64,000 bases of DNA from an uncultured Gemmiger sp. (GCA_947631565.1 CANRLV010000004.1:1662-65661), one strand, 5' to 3'. Positions 50,066 through 61,901 are shown, numbered from the stretch's first letter. The notes: generated by a model not told the origin, from the letters alone. Made by a program: numbers and translations.

Positions 50066-51658
50066 TTATGAAAATGTGAGCGCCCCCATCACGCCCAGCC
50101 CCTGCAAGAGCAGGGCCGTTCCCATCGCTGCCAGCATACCGGCCGCGGCCGCAGCGGCGGTCCGGGCCATACCGGTGCCGGGCGACGCCGGTACCGGGGG
50201 CTCCGGGGCGCGCGTCAGCGCCAGCAGGACCGTCGCCAGCGGGAACACGGCGCACACCCGGTTGTTGAAAAACGCCTGCCCCGCATAGGCGCACAGGGCC
50301 AGTGCCCAGCCGGCACGGACCGGGTCCGCCTGCGCGCGGCGCAGTGCGGGGCCAAGATGCACCGCCAGCACCCCCAGCCAGGTGAGCAGGCCCAGCGCCC
50401 CGCCGCAGACCAGCGTCTCGAGATATTCATTGTGTACGCCGACGGTATCGGGGCGGAAATACGGCGCTGCGCTGCCGGCCAGCAGCAGGGCACGGTGGAC
50501 CATGCCGGGACCGTACCCCGCCAGCCAGCGCAGCAGGCCGCCCCGGCCATACAGCCAGATGCCGTCGGCCCACAAAGCGCCGCGGCCGGTGGCCCATGCG
50601 GGGCCGATGCAAAAAAAGTTGTCCAGCCCGCCCAGAGACCCGGATCCGCTGCTGCACCAGGCAAAAAGACCCGCCAGCATCAGTACCGCACCGCATACCA
50701 GTCCCCGCTGTGCACGCAGGGCCGGCGCACCTCTGCGGCGCCAAAGCCATCCGGCTGCCAACAGCAGCAGTACCGCCAGCGGCAAAGCCAGCCAGGGGGC
50801 GCCGAAAATCTGCAGCGGCCGTTCCTGCAAAAGCAGCGGCCGCTGTGTCTGCACTGCCTGCACCGCCCACTGCGCCGCCAGCCATACGGCTGCCAACACC
50901 AGCAGGCGGGCGGTATCACGCCCGGCGAGGGGCACCGCCCACAGCAGCACCAGCAGCGCGAACAGCAGGCCGATGCTGGCGATGCCGGGGTCCAGACAAG
51001 CCAGCCCCACGCAGCCCACCGCCGCACAGCCGAGCCCCAGCGCCCGCCGCCGCGGTGTGGCCCCGCGCAGGAACGTCCATGCCGCCAACGGCAGCCAGAG
51101 GCAAAAATAGCTGTTCAGGTAATCGACATTGCCGATGGTGGAGAAAAAGATGCCGCGTTCCCCGGGGCCCAGCGGGGCCGAAAGGCCGAACGGGTCAAGG
51201 CCGAGATCCTGCGCGGCGCCCAGTGCGCAGACCCCGGCCCCCGAGACCAGAAACCACGGCACAAGCGCCGCCCCGGCGTCCGGACAGGGCCAGCAGGCAA
51301 GCCCCAGATACCCCAGCAGGCAGAGGATGCACAGGGCCAGGCCGCCAAGGTAGCTTTCCTGCCCCAGCAGTGAATTTGGCGGTGAAAGTGAAACCAGCGT
51401 GGACAGGGCCGCCGCCCCGGCCCACGCCAGCATCCACCGCCCCGGCGCGCCGAGCGGGATGCGCCGGGCGTTTTCCGGCAGCAGGAAGTTGAGCGCCAGC
51501 CCGCACAGCAGCGTGAACACGACGAGCGTGCTCATCTTGGTCAGGCTGAGACCGGCATAGTCCGAGAGGATCCAGGGATACCACACCAGCACGCCGCACG
51601 CATAGGCAGCCATCACGGCGGCCGGCGCCGGCAGCGCCTTTTGCTGCATCGCATCCAT
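50066..51658 (-). CDS. O-antigen ligase (Wzy_C) family membrane protein
   Basis: STIGNVD, TGRGALW, GYGPG and HNEYLE motifs; many TM segments. Confidence 0.8.
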   Translation of the reverse strand: MDAMQQKALPAPAAVMAAYACGVLVWYPWILSDYAGLSLTKMSTLVVFTLLCGLALNFLLPENARRIPLGAPGRWMLAWAGAAALSTLVSLSPPNSLLGQESYLGGLALCILCLLGYLGLACWPCPDAGAALVPWFLVSGAGVCALGAAQDLGLDPFGLSAPLGPGERGIFFSTIGNVDYLNSYFCLWLPLAAWTFLRGATPRRRALGLGCAAVGCVGLACLDPGIASIGLLFALLVLLWAVPLAGRDTARLLVLAAVWLAAQWAVQAVQTQRPLLLQERPLQIFGAPWLALPLAVLLLLAAGWLWRRRGAPALRAQRGLVCGAVLMLAGLFAWCSSGSGSLGGLDNFFCIGPAWATGRGALWADGIWLYGRGGLLRWLAGYGPGMVHRALLLAGSAAPYFRPDTVGVHNEYLETLVCGGALGLLTWLGVLAVHLGPALRRAQADPVRAGWALALCAYAGQAFFNNRVCAVFPLATVLLALTRAPEPPVPASPGTGMARTAAAAAAGMLAAMGTALLLQGLGVMGALTFS

Positions 51659-51834
51659 CGCACACTCTCCCCTTCCTTTTGTCCGGGGCGGTACCCGCCG
51701 GCCGGACGGCTGCTTACACTATACCGCAAAGGCAGCCGCAAGGCAATATGTATCTCGCTTTGCGGCCAGGGAACGCCTGCCGGGCGTTTTGTGCTTTTTG
51801 TTGCTTTTCCGCCCGCAAAAATGCGCTTTCGCTC

Positions 51835-51863
51835 TTGCACAAAACGGACATAGTGTTTATAAT
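51835..51863 (+). promoter_or_regulatory. pgk promoter
   Basis: TTGCAC-N17-TATAAT. Confidence 0.65.
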
Positions 51864-51919
51864 AGAGGCAGGTTCACAAGCCTTTGTGAAAAATTCGCCA
51901 ATGTAAAGGAGATACAACT

Positions 51920-53128
<1,209 letters not shown>

Positions 53129-53217
53129 CCCTCTGCGCTGCCCATTTTGGCCGTTTTGGCGCCGGAATGGGCAGCGCGGCTGTTTCGAAAGGAGCCTGAA
53201 GGGCAAAGGTAAGGCTG

Positions 53218-54258
53218 TTGATAGCACAGGAACAAGAGATCTTTTCCCATGTCCTGCGGGACATGAGCGACGGCGTGCTGGTCCTGGACGACAGAGGCAC
53301 CGTGCTGCACCTCAACGAGCGGGGACGGGCACTTTTGGGCGAGACGCGCGAGCTCGCCGGGGAAAAGTATGCCTCTCTCTTCGCCGAGAACGTACAGGGT
53401 GACAACGACGCCTTCCATCAGTTCGTTCTGGATGCCGTGTACGATAAGGTACATACCCACAGCGGCGAGATCGACTACCGTATGCCCGGCGGAGAAAAAC
53501 GCCGGTTCCGCATGACGTCGTCTTTTTTGCGCGGCGAGGACCGGCAGACGCAGACCGGCGTCGTGGTGCTGTTCGACGATGTGACCGAGCTGGCCCGCCT
53601 GCAGCGGCAGCGCCGGGAATCCTCCATCGTCTTCGCGGTGCTGATGATCTGTGTGTGCGTCTACCTCTTTTTGTGGAGCCTGCTGCGCTACCTCGGTCTG
53701 GAGCTGCCGGGCCAGGTGATGACGGTGGTGATCGAGGGCATCTCGATTTTGATGTTCTTCATCATCCTCAAGACCACGAGCTTTTCCCTGAAAGACATCG
53801 GTCTGCGCATCACCGACCCGAAGGCCACCTTTGTGCCGGACCTGCTCATCACGGCGGCCGGCCTGGCGGTGCTGGCGGGGGGCAAGCTGATCCTCCTGCG
53901 CGCGGCGCCCGGGTTTTTCCCCGCCGGCGCGCCCTTCTGGGACTGGAGCGTCTTGAACTGGTCCAGCATCGTCTACCCGTTCACCGCCGTTTTGCAGGAG
54001 TTCCTGGCCCGCGGCGTCATGCAGGAGAACCTGCTGCGCATCTTTGACGGTAAGCACGCCGCCGCCCTGTCCATCATCGTTTCCTCGCTGGTGTTCGGCG
54101 TGCTCCACATCGCCTACGGGCTCCCCTTCATGCTGGGCGCCTCGCTGCTGCTGGGCGCGCTGGGCGTGCTCTACCACAAGCAGGGCAACATCTGGGGCCT
54201 GAGCATCATCCACTATGTACTGGGCGAGGCAGCCACCTTCCTGCGCTACCTCATCTGA
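53218..54258 (+). CDS. PAS domain fused to a CPBP (Abi/CAAX) intramembrane metalloprotease-like domain
   Basis: N-terminal [18 protein letters not shown]...[15 protein letters not shown]; C-terminal QEFLARG, FGVLH and IIHY motifs in a multi-TM region. Confidence 0.75.
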   Translation: MIAQEQEIFSHVLRDMSDGVLVLDDRGTVLHLNERGRALLGETRELAGEKYASLFAENVQGDNDAFHQFVLDAVYDKVHTHSGEIDYRMPGGEKRRFRMTSSFLRGEDRQTQTGVVVLFDDVTELARLQRQRRESSIVFAVLMICVCVYLFLWSLLRYLGLELPGQVMTVVIEGISILMFFIILKTTSFSLKDIGLRITDPKATFVPDLLITAAGLAVLAGGKLILLRAAPGFFPAGAPFWDWSVLNWSSIVYPFTAVLQEFLARGVMQENLLRIFDGKHAAALSIIVSSLVFGVLHIAYGLPFMLGASLLLGALGVLYHKQGNIWGLSIIHYVLGEAATFLRYLI

Positions 54259-54284
54259 ATCTGTTTTTTAGGGAGAGATATTCT

Positions 54285-55055
54285 ATGGACAAACAGCATC
54301 GCAAGGCCATCATCGCCGGCAACTGGAAGATGAACAAGACCCCCAAAGAGGCCGCCGCCCTCATCGACGAGCTCATCCCCGCCGTCAAGGGCGCCGGGTG
54401 CGAGGTCGTCATCTGCGTGCCCTTTGTGGACCTCGTGACGGCGCTCGAGAAGACCAAAGGCACCAACATCCACGTCGGCGCCGAGAACGTGCACTTTGAG
54501 GCATCCGGCGCCTACACCGGCGAGGTCAGCGCTCCCATGCTGGCCGAGATGGGTGTCGAGTACGTCGTGGTCGGCCACAGCGAGCGCCGCCAGTATTTCG
54601 CCGAGACCGACGAGACCGTCAACAAGCGCGCCCGCGCAGCGCTGGCCGCCGGCCTCAAGCCCATCATCTGCGTGGGCGAGAGCCTTGCCCAGCGCGAGCA
54701 GGGCATCACCGAGGAGCTCGTGCGGCTGCAGGTCAAGATCGCTTTGGGCGGCATGAGCGCCGCCGACCTTGCCAACGTCGTCATCGCCTATGAGCCCATC
54801 TGGGCCATCGGCACCGGCCGCACCGCCACCGCCGAGCAGGCGCAGGAGGTCTGCGCCGCCATCCGCAGGGTGGTGGGCGAGCTGTACGGCGCCGACGTTG
54901 CCAAGGCGCTGACCGTGCAGTACGGCGGCAGCATGAACGCCGGCAACGCGGCCGAGCTCGTCGCCAAGCCGGACGTGGACGGCGGCCTTATCGGCGGCGC
55001 GAGCCTGAAGGCGGACCAGTTCGCGGTCATCGTCGAGGCCGCCACCAAGGGTTGA
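54285..55055 (+). CDS. tpiA: Triosephosphate isomerase
   Basis: AGNWKMN, GHSERR and [11 protein letters not shown]. Confidence 0.98.
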   Translation: MDKQHRKAIIAGNWKMNKTPKEAAALIDELIPAVKGAGCEVVICVPFVDLVTALEKTKGTNIHVGAENVHFEASGAYTGEVSAPMLAEMGVEYVVVGHSERRQYFAETDETVNKRARAALAAGLKPIICVGESLAQREQGITEELVRLQVKIALGGMSAADLANVVIAYEPIWAIGTGRTATAEQAQEVCAAIRRVVGELYGADVAKALTVQYGGSMNAGNAAELVAKPDVDGGLIGGASLKADQFAVIVEAATKG

Positions 55056-55069
55056 GAGGGAGGCACATC

Positions 55070-56596
55070 ATGGCGAAAAGACCCGTTCTTCTCTGCATCA
55101 TGGACGGCTTTGGCTGGACGCCGGAGCACACCTTCGGCAACGCCGTGACCGCCGCCAACAAGCCGCATCTCGATAAAATTTTCTCCACCTGCCCGATGAC
55201 CACCATCAACGCCTCCGGCATGGCGGTCGGCCTGCCGGACGGCCAGATGGGCAACAGCGAGGTCGGCCACACCAACATGGGCGCCGGCCGCATCGTCTAC
55301 CAGCAGCTGACCCTCATCACCAAGTCCATCCGCGAGGGCAAGATGCTGGAGAACCCCGTCCTGCGCAAAAACATCCAGGCCGCCATCGACGCCGGCAAGG
55401 CCGTGCACCTGATGGGCCTGACCGGCGACGGCGGCGTGCACAGCCATGTCGACCACTGGTTCGGCGTGCTGGATATGTGCAAGGCGATGGGCGTAAAGGA
55501 ACTGTACCTGCACTGCATCATGGACGGCCGCGACACCGACCCGCATTCCGGCAAGGGCTACCTGGCCGACGTGCAGAACAAGCTCGACGAGCTGGGCATC
55601 GGCAAAATAGCCACCGTGACCGGCCGCTACTACGCGATGGACCGCGACAAGAACTGGGACCGCGAGGAGAAGGCCTACGCCGCCTTCGTCTACGGCGAGG
55701 CGCCCACGGCCAAAAACGCGCAGGAGGCCATCCAGAAGAGCTACGACGACGGCGTGACCGACGAGTTCGTCGTGCCCGTCATCACCTGCGAGGGCGGCCG
55801 CGTGCATGAGGGCGACACCGTCATCTTCATGAACTTCCGCCCCGACCGCGCCCGCCAGATGACCCGCATCTTCGTGGACGACGCCTTTGACGGCTTTGAG
55901 CGCCGCTATGGGCGCTTCCCGGTGCATTATGTGTGCATGGCCGAGTATGACGCCACCATGCCCAACGTCGAGGTCGCCTACCCGCCCGAGGAGCTGACCA
56001 ACGTGCTGGGGCAGTACCTCTCCGACAACGGCAAGACGCAGCTGCGCATCGCCGAGACCGAGAAGTACGCCCATGTGACCTTCTTCTTCAACGGCGGCGT
56101 CGAGGCGCCCTACCCCGGCGAGGACCGCAAGGTCGTGCCCAGCCCCAAGGTGGCCACCTACGACCTCAAGCCCGAGATGAGCGCCCCCGAGGTCGCCGAG
56201 GAGTGCAGGCAGCGCATCGAAAGCGGCAAGTACGACACCATCATCCTCAATTTTGCCAACTGTGACATGGTCGGCCACACCGGCGTCTTCGACGCCGCCG
56301 TCAAGGCCGTCGAGGCGGTGGACGCCGCCGTCGGCAAGGTGGTGGATGCGGTGTTGGCCCAGGGCGGCGTCGTCTTCCTGACCGCCGACCACGGCAACGC
56401 CGAGAAGATGAAGAACGAGGACGGCAGCCCCTTCACCGCGCACACCACCAACGTGGTGCCGTTCGCGGTCATCGGCGCCGGCGATGTACGCTTGCGCGAG
56501 GGCGGGTGCCTGGCCGACATCGCCCCCACCATGCTGCCCTACATCGGCCTGCCGGTGCCCCCCGAGATGACCGGCAAGAGCCTGATCGTGGAGTAA
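55070..56596 (+). CDS. gpmI: 2,3-bisphosphoglycerate-independent phosphoglycerate mutase
   Basis: MGNSEVGH, DGRD, NFRPDR, DMVGHTG and ADHGN. Confidence 0.97.
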   Translation: MAKRPVLLCIMDGFGWTPEHTFGNAVTAANKPHLDKIFSTCPMTTINASGMAVGLPDGQMGNSEVGHTNMGAGRIVYQQLTLITKSIREGKMLENPVLRKNIQAAIDAGKAVHLMGLTGDGGVHSHVDHWFGVLDMCKAMGVKELYLHCIMDGRDTDPHSGKGYLADVQNKLDELGIGKIATVTGRYYAMDRDKNWDREEKAYAAFVYGEAPTAKNAQEAIQKSYDDGVTDEFVVPVITCEGGRVHEGDTVIFMNFRPDRARQMTRIFVDDAFDGFERRYGRFPVHYVCMAEYDATMPNVEVAYPPEELTNVLGQYLSDNGKTQLRIAETEKYAHVTFFFNGGVEAPYPGEDRKVVPSPKVATYDLKPEMSAPEVAEECRQRIESGKYDTIILNFANCDMVGHTGVFDAAVKAVEAVDAAVGKVVDAVLAQGGVVFLTADHGNAEKMKNEDGSPFTAHTTNVVPFAVIGAGDVRLREGGCLADIAPTMLPYIGLPVPPEMTGKSLIVE

Positions 56597-56610
56597 ACCG
56601 CAAAAGCGCA

Positions 56611-56652
56611 CAAAACGCCGCCCCGGCCTGCAAAGACCGGGGCGGCGTTTTG
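56611..56652. terminator. Bidirectional terminator
   Basis: CAAAACGCCGCCCCGG...CCGGGGCGGCGTTTTG between convergent genes. Confidence 0.75.
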
Positions 56653-56665
56653 TTATGGCTTATCC

Positions 56666-59600
56666 TTACTTATAGTGCTTCTTCCGCGGCAGGAACAGCC
56701 AGGCCAGGCCGCCGGCCAGCGCCGCGCCGGTGACCACAAGGCCGCCGATGACCAGCGGCGAAACGCCCTTTTTCTGCGGGGCCGCCTCGGTCGGGGCCGC
56801 GGTGGCCTGCGGCTGCGCATCGGCGGGGGGCAGCGGCTCGGGCTCCAGCGTCGGCTGGGGCGCCGGGGTGTTGGTCAAGGCCGGGGCCGGCGTGGCCGGC
56901 ATGGGGGTAGCCGTAGCGGGCGGCAGGACCGTGCCCCCGGTCTTGCCGGCGGCCGGCTTGGCCGTGGGCGCGGCCGTGGGGGCCGGCGCCGCCGGGGCGG
57001 CGGGGGCCGGCGTGGGCGCCGGGGCCGCGGAGCCTTTGTCTTTGTCTTCCTTCTTGTCCGGCGCGGGGTCCGCGGGCTTGGGCGTTGCCGGCGCGGCGTT
57101 CACCTTGACGAGGCATTCGCCGCTCGTCGCAGTGCTGGCGGCGGTGGTGCCGGTCGCCCGGGCGGTCACCGCCACGGTCACGGTGTACTTGCCCTCGTCG
57201 CCGGCGCCGGCATTTTGGATGGTCAGCGTGCTGCCGGTCTGGCCGGCCAGCGCCGTGCCGCCCTTGTACCACTGATAGGTGCAGCTGTAGGGCGACGGCT
57301 CCCTGCGCGCATTGGCATCGCCGTCTGGCTCCGCATCCTTTTGGATGACGACGTCACCGACCTTGGTCTCGGCCTTGAGCTCCAGCGTCCCACCCACCGT
57401 CACGGATGCATCCTGCGGCAGGCTGACCTCCACCTTGAGCAGCTCAGGTTCGGGCTCCGGTGCGTGGTTCGTGAACCATGCCTCGGGCGCGAACTGCACC
57501 TCGATGATGCCGTTGAGGAACGCCTGCGCCTGCTCCTCGGTCAGCGTTATCTCTACCGTGCCGCTGTTTCCCGCCGCATAGGTATAGACGCGGCTGCCGC
57601 CCACCGTGACGGTGCTGACCTGCTGGCCCTGCGGGGGCTCGACGGTGACGGTGCAGCCGTGGCCCGGCGCCAGCGTGTAAACGCCGGGGGCCTTCCCGTC
57701 TTTGACGCCGTCGCCGTTCACGGTGACGGTGCCGCCGCCGCAGCTGGTGGAGACGACAAGGTCCCGGCTCTGCGGCTCTTCCCCGGCGCCGGGCGCCGGC
57801 GCGGGCAGCGCGCTGACGCTGAACGGGCTGAAGGAGCTGCACAGCACCAGCAGGCCCTGCGGGGTGACGATGCAGGGGATCTCTTCAAATTCGCCGGTGA
57901 GGTTGCCCAGCGCGTCGACATGGTAGTGGTATGCCTTGAAGGTGACGCCGGCATCGTCGGGGCCGTACCCCTCGGGGAAGCCCAGCATCACGCGCACGGC
58001 CTGCCCGGTGCTGACGATCTGGCTCTTGCAGACGGTCAGGTTGATGCTGTAGGTCTCGGTCTTGAGCGGCGTCACGCCGGCCTCGTCCTTTATCTTGTCT
58101 TCCGCCATGCCCTCCATCGTTTCGGTCTGGGCCTGGCTGGGCTCGGTGACCACCAGCGTCATGCGGTGCTTGAGGTTTTTGATATCCTCAGGCGGGATGG
58201 TCCTCTCGCCGGTCTCGCTGCTTGCGTCCCGGACCGTCCAGCCGTCCGTCTTGATATCGCTGCCGGCAAAGTCGTCCATCAGCTGCGGCTTACCGTACAG
58301 GTTCCAGTCAAAGCCCTGGCTCTGGTAGGCGTAGGCGGAGCAGGGATGACTGGCCAGATAGACGAGGCTGTTGGGCTTTTTGCCGCTTGTTTTGCCCACC
58401 ACGCCGGTAAAATCGAACTGGTAGAAGATGGTGTCGTGGGCCCACTGCTTGCTGGGCTCAAAGGTGAAGGTGATCTCTTTCCCGTCCTCGCTCAGGCTCG
58501 GGGTGCCGACGGTGCAGTATTTTTCGGCCGTATAGTCTTCCTTTTTGCCGTTGAGGAAGGCGTAGGTCGTGAGATTGTAGCCCAGCTGCGCGCCCGGCTC
58601 GAGGACAAGCGCTTCGTCCAGCTGGACCCGGATATCGTACTTCTGCCCGATGAGCATCGTGCTCTGCTGGCTGGGCCACGCCTGCTTGATGTAGGGCGGG
58701 GCCTGATAGGTGCCGCCGCTGTTTTCCAACACCTCGGTCTTGGCCAGCAGCAGGGCCGGGTCGCCCTGGTAGTGGGTGGTGTTGTAGATGGCCTCGATAA
58801 GCTCCTCCGTGCTTAAATCGGTCCGGCCCTTCAGGCTTCGGTAATCTCCCGGCGGTACATCGGTCACGGCAAACTGCACATAGCGCACATGGGGCATGGG
58901 CAGCTTGGTCTCGGTCGTGCCGTCCGAGAGGCCTTCGTAGAGATCCGGGGCCAGATAGCTCCAGTCCTCGTTCTCGCTCCACTCACCGGTGCCCGGGATC
59001 AGCGTCCCGCTGTCATAGTGGGCATCGGCGTCCACGCTCATGAAATGGGCCAGGATGTAGTAGCCGTGCTTGGCGGCCTCGGTATAGCTCATACCGTTGT
59101 AGCTGACATAGAACGTGCCGCTGCCGTCGCCGCCCTCGTGCTTCAGATCCTCGGCGGTCGTGTCCAGCCGCACGAGCAGCCCGCCGGCATCGTGCATCGT
59201 CACCATGTCGCGGTCGTTCTGCGCAAGCTGCGGGTAGGCGAATTCATAGCTGGCGGCGGAGAGGGTGGTGCTGGCGGCATGCTGGGCGCCCATCGTCACG
59301 TCGCCGGCCAGCAGGTAATCGTCATAGGCGACCTTGTCGGTCGGTTTGCCGTAGGCGTCCACCAACGGGTCTTCGTCAGCGGGGTCGGGGTCGTCCATCG
59401 TCACGTCGACGCCGTACCACACGCCCTCGACCTGCACGAGGTCCCACATATGGGCCTCGATGTGCGCCGCCGAATGGCGGAACACGCCCTCGACCAGCAC
59501 GCAGGGGATCTTCAGGCTGTCCATCGCGGATTTGAAGGCGCGGGAATAGGCCTCGCACACGCCCTCGCCGGTCACGATGCCGTAGGCGGTGCGGATGTAC

Positions 59601-60259
59601 TTCGTGTTTTCCTCACTGCTGACCTCGTTGTCCAGCGTGTAGGTCAGCATTCCGGTCAGCTTGTCGTGCACGGCGCGCACCTGTGCCGCCGCGCCGTCCT
59701 GGGCGGCGTCCTCGCCGGCCTTTATGAGCTCCGCCAGCTTTTCGTCATAGTCCTTTACCAGCGCCGGCACCTTGTCCTCGGTGATGCCGTCCAGCAGGTA
59801 GCCAATGCCGCGCGTGCCGGGGGTGATGCACACCTTGCCGTCACCATTGAGCCGCAGCGCAAAGTTGTTGAAGTTGACGTAGAACAGGTCCGGGTAGTCA
59901 AGATAGAACGCGTCGCGCGCGTTGGTCAGCGCGTGGCCGAGGTTGCTCTGCCCGCTGCGGTAGGCCTGCACCTGTGCATCGGTCAGCGCCACGGGCTGGT
60001 CGGCGCCGCGCAGCAAAGCGCTGCCCGCCCGGCCGCCGTCATACATGGCCAGCAGCGCGTCATAGAAAGCGCGGGATTCGGCGCCGAGCTCCTTGTCCGC
60101 CGTGAGCTGGCTGCCGAAATACTGGTCGCCCGCATCCCGTACCGGGATGGCGTGGGCCGCGGTGGCCAGCCCCACGGCCGGCAGAGCCGGCAGGCAGACC
60201 CCCAGCACCAGCGCCAGGGCCGCCAAAAATGCGCAGAAACGTTTCAACATCGTTGCCAT
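56666..60259 (-). CDS. Large surface protein: transglutaminase-like Cys domain, Ig-like domain, Pro/Ala/Thr linker and C-terminal TM anchor
   Basis: Signal peptide; GVCEAYS, HMWDLV and VDVT triad motifs; YQWYKGG...DEGKYTV Ig signature; PAPT-rich stalk; TM followed by RKKHYK. Confidence 0.75.
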   Translation of the reverse strand: MATMLKRFCAFLAALALVLGVCLPALPAVGLATAAHAIPVRDAGDQYFGSQLTADKELGAESRAFYDALLAMYDGGRAGSALLRGADQPVALTDAQVQAYRSGQSNLGHALTNARDAFYLDYPDLFYVNFNNFALRLNGDGKVCITPGTRGIGYLLDGITEDKVPALVKDYDEKLAELIKAGEDAAQDGAAAQVRAVHDKLTGMLTYTLDNEVSSEENTKYIRTAYGIVTGEGVCEAYSRAFKSAMDSLKIPCVLVEGVFRHSAAHIEAHMWDLVQVEGVWYGVDVTMDDPDPADEDPLVDAYGKPTDKVAYDDYLLAGDVTMGAQHAASTTLSAASYEFAYPQLAQNDRDMVTMHDAGGLLVRLDTTAEDLKHEGGDGSGTFYVSYNGMSYTEAAKHGYYILAHFMSVDADAHYDSGTLIPGTGEWSENEDWSYLAPDLYEGLSDGTTETKLPMPHVRYVQFAVTDVPPGDYRSLKGRTDLSTEELIEAIYNTTHYQGDPALLLAKTEVLENSGGTYQAPPYIKQAWPSQQSTMLIGQKYDIRVQLDEALVLEPGAQLGYNLTTYAFLNGKKEDYTAEKYCTVGTPSLSEDGKEITFTFEPSKQWAHDTIFYQFDFTGVVGKTSGKKPNSLVYLASHPCSAYAYQSQGFDWNLYGKPQLMDDFAGSDIKTDGWTVRDASSETGERTIPPEDIKNLKHRMTLVVTEPSQAQTETMEGMAEDKIKDEAGVTPLKTETYSINLTVCKSQIVSTGQAVRVMLGFPEGYGPDDAGVTFKAYHYHVDALGNLTGEFEEIPCIVTPQGLLVLCSSFSPFSVSALPAPAPGAGEEPQSRDLVVSTSCGGGTVTVNGDGVKDGKAPGVYTLAPGHGCTVTVEPPQGQQVSTVTVGGSRVYTYAAGNSGTVEITLTEEQAQAFLNGIIEVQFAPEAWFTNHAPEPEPELLKVEVSLPQDASVTVGGTLELKAETKVGDVVIQKDAEPDGDANARREPSPYSCTYQWYKGGTALAGQTGSTLTIQNAGAGDEGKYTVTVAVTARATGTTAASTATSGECLVKVNAAPATPKPADPAPDKKEDKDKGSAAPAPTPAPAAPAAPAPTAAPTAKPAAGKTGGTVLPPATATPMPATPAPALTNTPAPQPTLEPEPLPPADAQPQATAAPTEAAPQKKGVSPLVIGGLVVTGAALAGGLAWLFLPRKKHYK

Positions 60260-60465
60260 CTCTCCATTTTGTAAAATTTACAAACTGTATAATTTTGTAT
60301 ATCCTTACGATACTACATTTTGTGGCCAAATGCAAGACAAAGCGGCAAAAAGCACAAAAATTTTTACAGCTGTTTCGGCACTTGCGCGGGGGGCGCAAAT
60401 GGGGTATGATAAGGGTACAGGACCGCGCCGCCGGCGCGGCGAAAACGAAAAAGGAGCCGCCGCTT

Positions 60466-61584
60466 ATGCGTTACTGCAAAAAATGTACCATGCCCGACAC
60501 CCGCCCCGGCATCACCTTTGACGCCGAGGGCGTGTGCAGCGCCTGCCGCCATTACGAGAGCCGCAAAAACGTCGACTGGGACGCCCGCTTCAAAGAGTTC
60601 GAGGCCCTGTGCGACAAATACCGCGGCTGCAACGGCCCCGGCGGCTATGACTGCGCGGTCGCCGTCTCGGGCGGCAAGGACAGCCATTTCCAGGTGTATA
60701 TGCTCAAAGAGGTCATGCACATGAACCCCATCCTGTTCAGCGTGGAGGACAACTTCCCGATGACGCAGGCGGGCATCCACAACCTCAAGAACCTGAGCGA
60801 GGAGTTCGGCTGCACCATCATCAGCTGCAAGCCCAATATCAAGGTGCAGAAGGTGCTGATGCGCAAATTCTTTGAGAAATACGGCAAGCCGACCTGGTAT
60901 GTGGACCGGCTCATCTACACCTTCCCGCTGCACATGGCGGCCAAGTTCAATACCCCGCTTTTGTGCTACGGCGAGAACGTCAGCTTTGAGTACGGCGGCA
61001 ACGCCGACGCCGAGACCTATTCCGCCCGCGACCAGATCGAAAACGGCGTGGCCGTCGGGATGCCGATGGAGGAGCTGCTGGGCGACGGCGTGACCGAGAA
61101 GGACCTTTCGCTGACCCTGGCCCCCAGCGCCGAGGAGCTGGCCAGGCTCGACCCCTTCTACATGAGCTACTTTGTACCGTGGAACAGCTACCGCAACTAC
61201 CAGCTGGCCAAGGCGCACGGCTTCCATGACTTGACGCATGAGTGGGACCGCACCCACCACGCCGAGAACTTTGACCAGATCGACTCCCGCGCGTATCTGG
61301 TCCACAGCTGGCTCAAGTACCCGAAGTTCGGCCACGCCGCCGCCACCGACTACACGGCCCGCTACATCCGCTACGGCCTGATGACCCGCGAGGAGGCCAT
61401 CCCCGTCATCAAGGCGCGGGACGGCAAGCTGGACCCGCTGTGCGTGCGCGATTTCTGCGAATTCTGCGGCTACACCGAGAGCGAGTTCTGGGCCATCATG
61501 GACAGGTTCTATAACCGTGATCTATTTGAAAAGAACGAGCTTGGCGAGTGGGTGCTCAAGGACCCCATCTGGGCACAGAAATAA
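60466..61584 (+). CDS. N-acetyl sugar amidotransferase (WbpG/PseA-like)
   Basis: CKKCTMPDTRP, CSAC, SGGKDS PP-loop and KFG; AAGGAG RBS. Confidence 0.85.
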   Translation: MRYCKKCTMPDTRPGITFDAEGVCSACRHYESRKNVDWDARFKEFEALCDKYRGCNGPGGYDCAVAVSGGKDSHFQVYMLKEVMHMNPILFSVEDNFPMTQAGIHNLKNLSEEFGCTIISCKPNIKVQKVLMRKFFEKYGKPTWYVDRLIYTFPLHMAAKFNTPLLCYGENVSFEYGGNADAETYSARDQIENGVAVGMPMEELLGDGVTEKDLSLTLAPSAEELARLDPFYMSYFVPWNSYRNYQLAKAHGFHDLTHEWDRTHHAENFDQIDSRAYLVHSWLKYPKFGHAAATDYTARYIRYGLMTREEAIPVIKARDGKLDPLCVRDFCEFCGYTESEFWAIMDRFYNRDLFEKNELGEWVLKDPIWAQK

Positions 61585-61595
61585 AGGAGGACGCC

Positions 61596-61901
61596 ATGGT
61601 CCGCCACGTCATTTTGTGGAAGCTCAAGGACAAATACGCCCCCGCCGAGAAGGCGGCCATCAAGGCCGGCATCAAGGCGGGGCTTGAGGGGCTGGCCGGG
61701 GCCATCCCCGGGCTTGAGAGCATCCGTGTCTACACCGACGCCCTGCCCACCTCGGCGAACGCCGACCTGATGCTGGACGCTGCTTTCACCGACGAGGCCG
61801 CCCTGGCCGGCTACGCCAACCACCCCGCCCACGTGGCGGTGGCCGACGGCAAGGTGCGGCCCTACACGGCCAGCCGCGTGTGCCTGGATTTCACGGTTTG
61901 A
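61596..61901 (+). CDS. Dabb-family stress-responsive alpha/beta barrel protein
   Basis: MVRHVILWK, IPG and YANHPAH motifs. Confidence 0.85.
   Translation: MVRHVILWKLKDKYAPAEKAAIKAGIKAGLEGLAGAIPGLESIRVYTDALPTSANADLMLDAAFTDEAALAGYANHPAHVAVADGKVRPYTASRVCLDFTV

Noticed and set aside
51872-51901. Rex operator upstream of pgk (TTCACAA-GCCT-TTGTGAA)
   Set aside because: Half-sites are in everted orientation, and the correctly oriented match has three mismatches.
56800-57100. Low-complexity GC-rich repeats
   Set aside because: Explained by the Pro/Ala/Thr linker of the surface protein.
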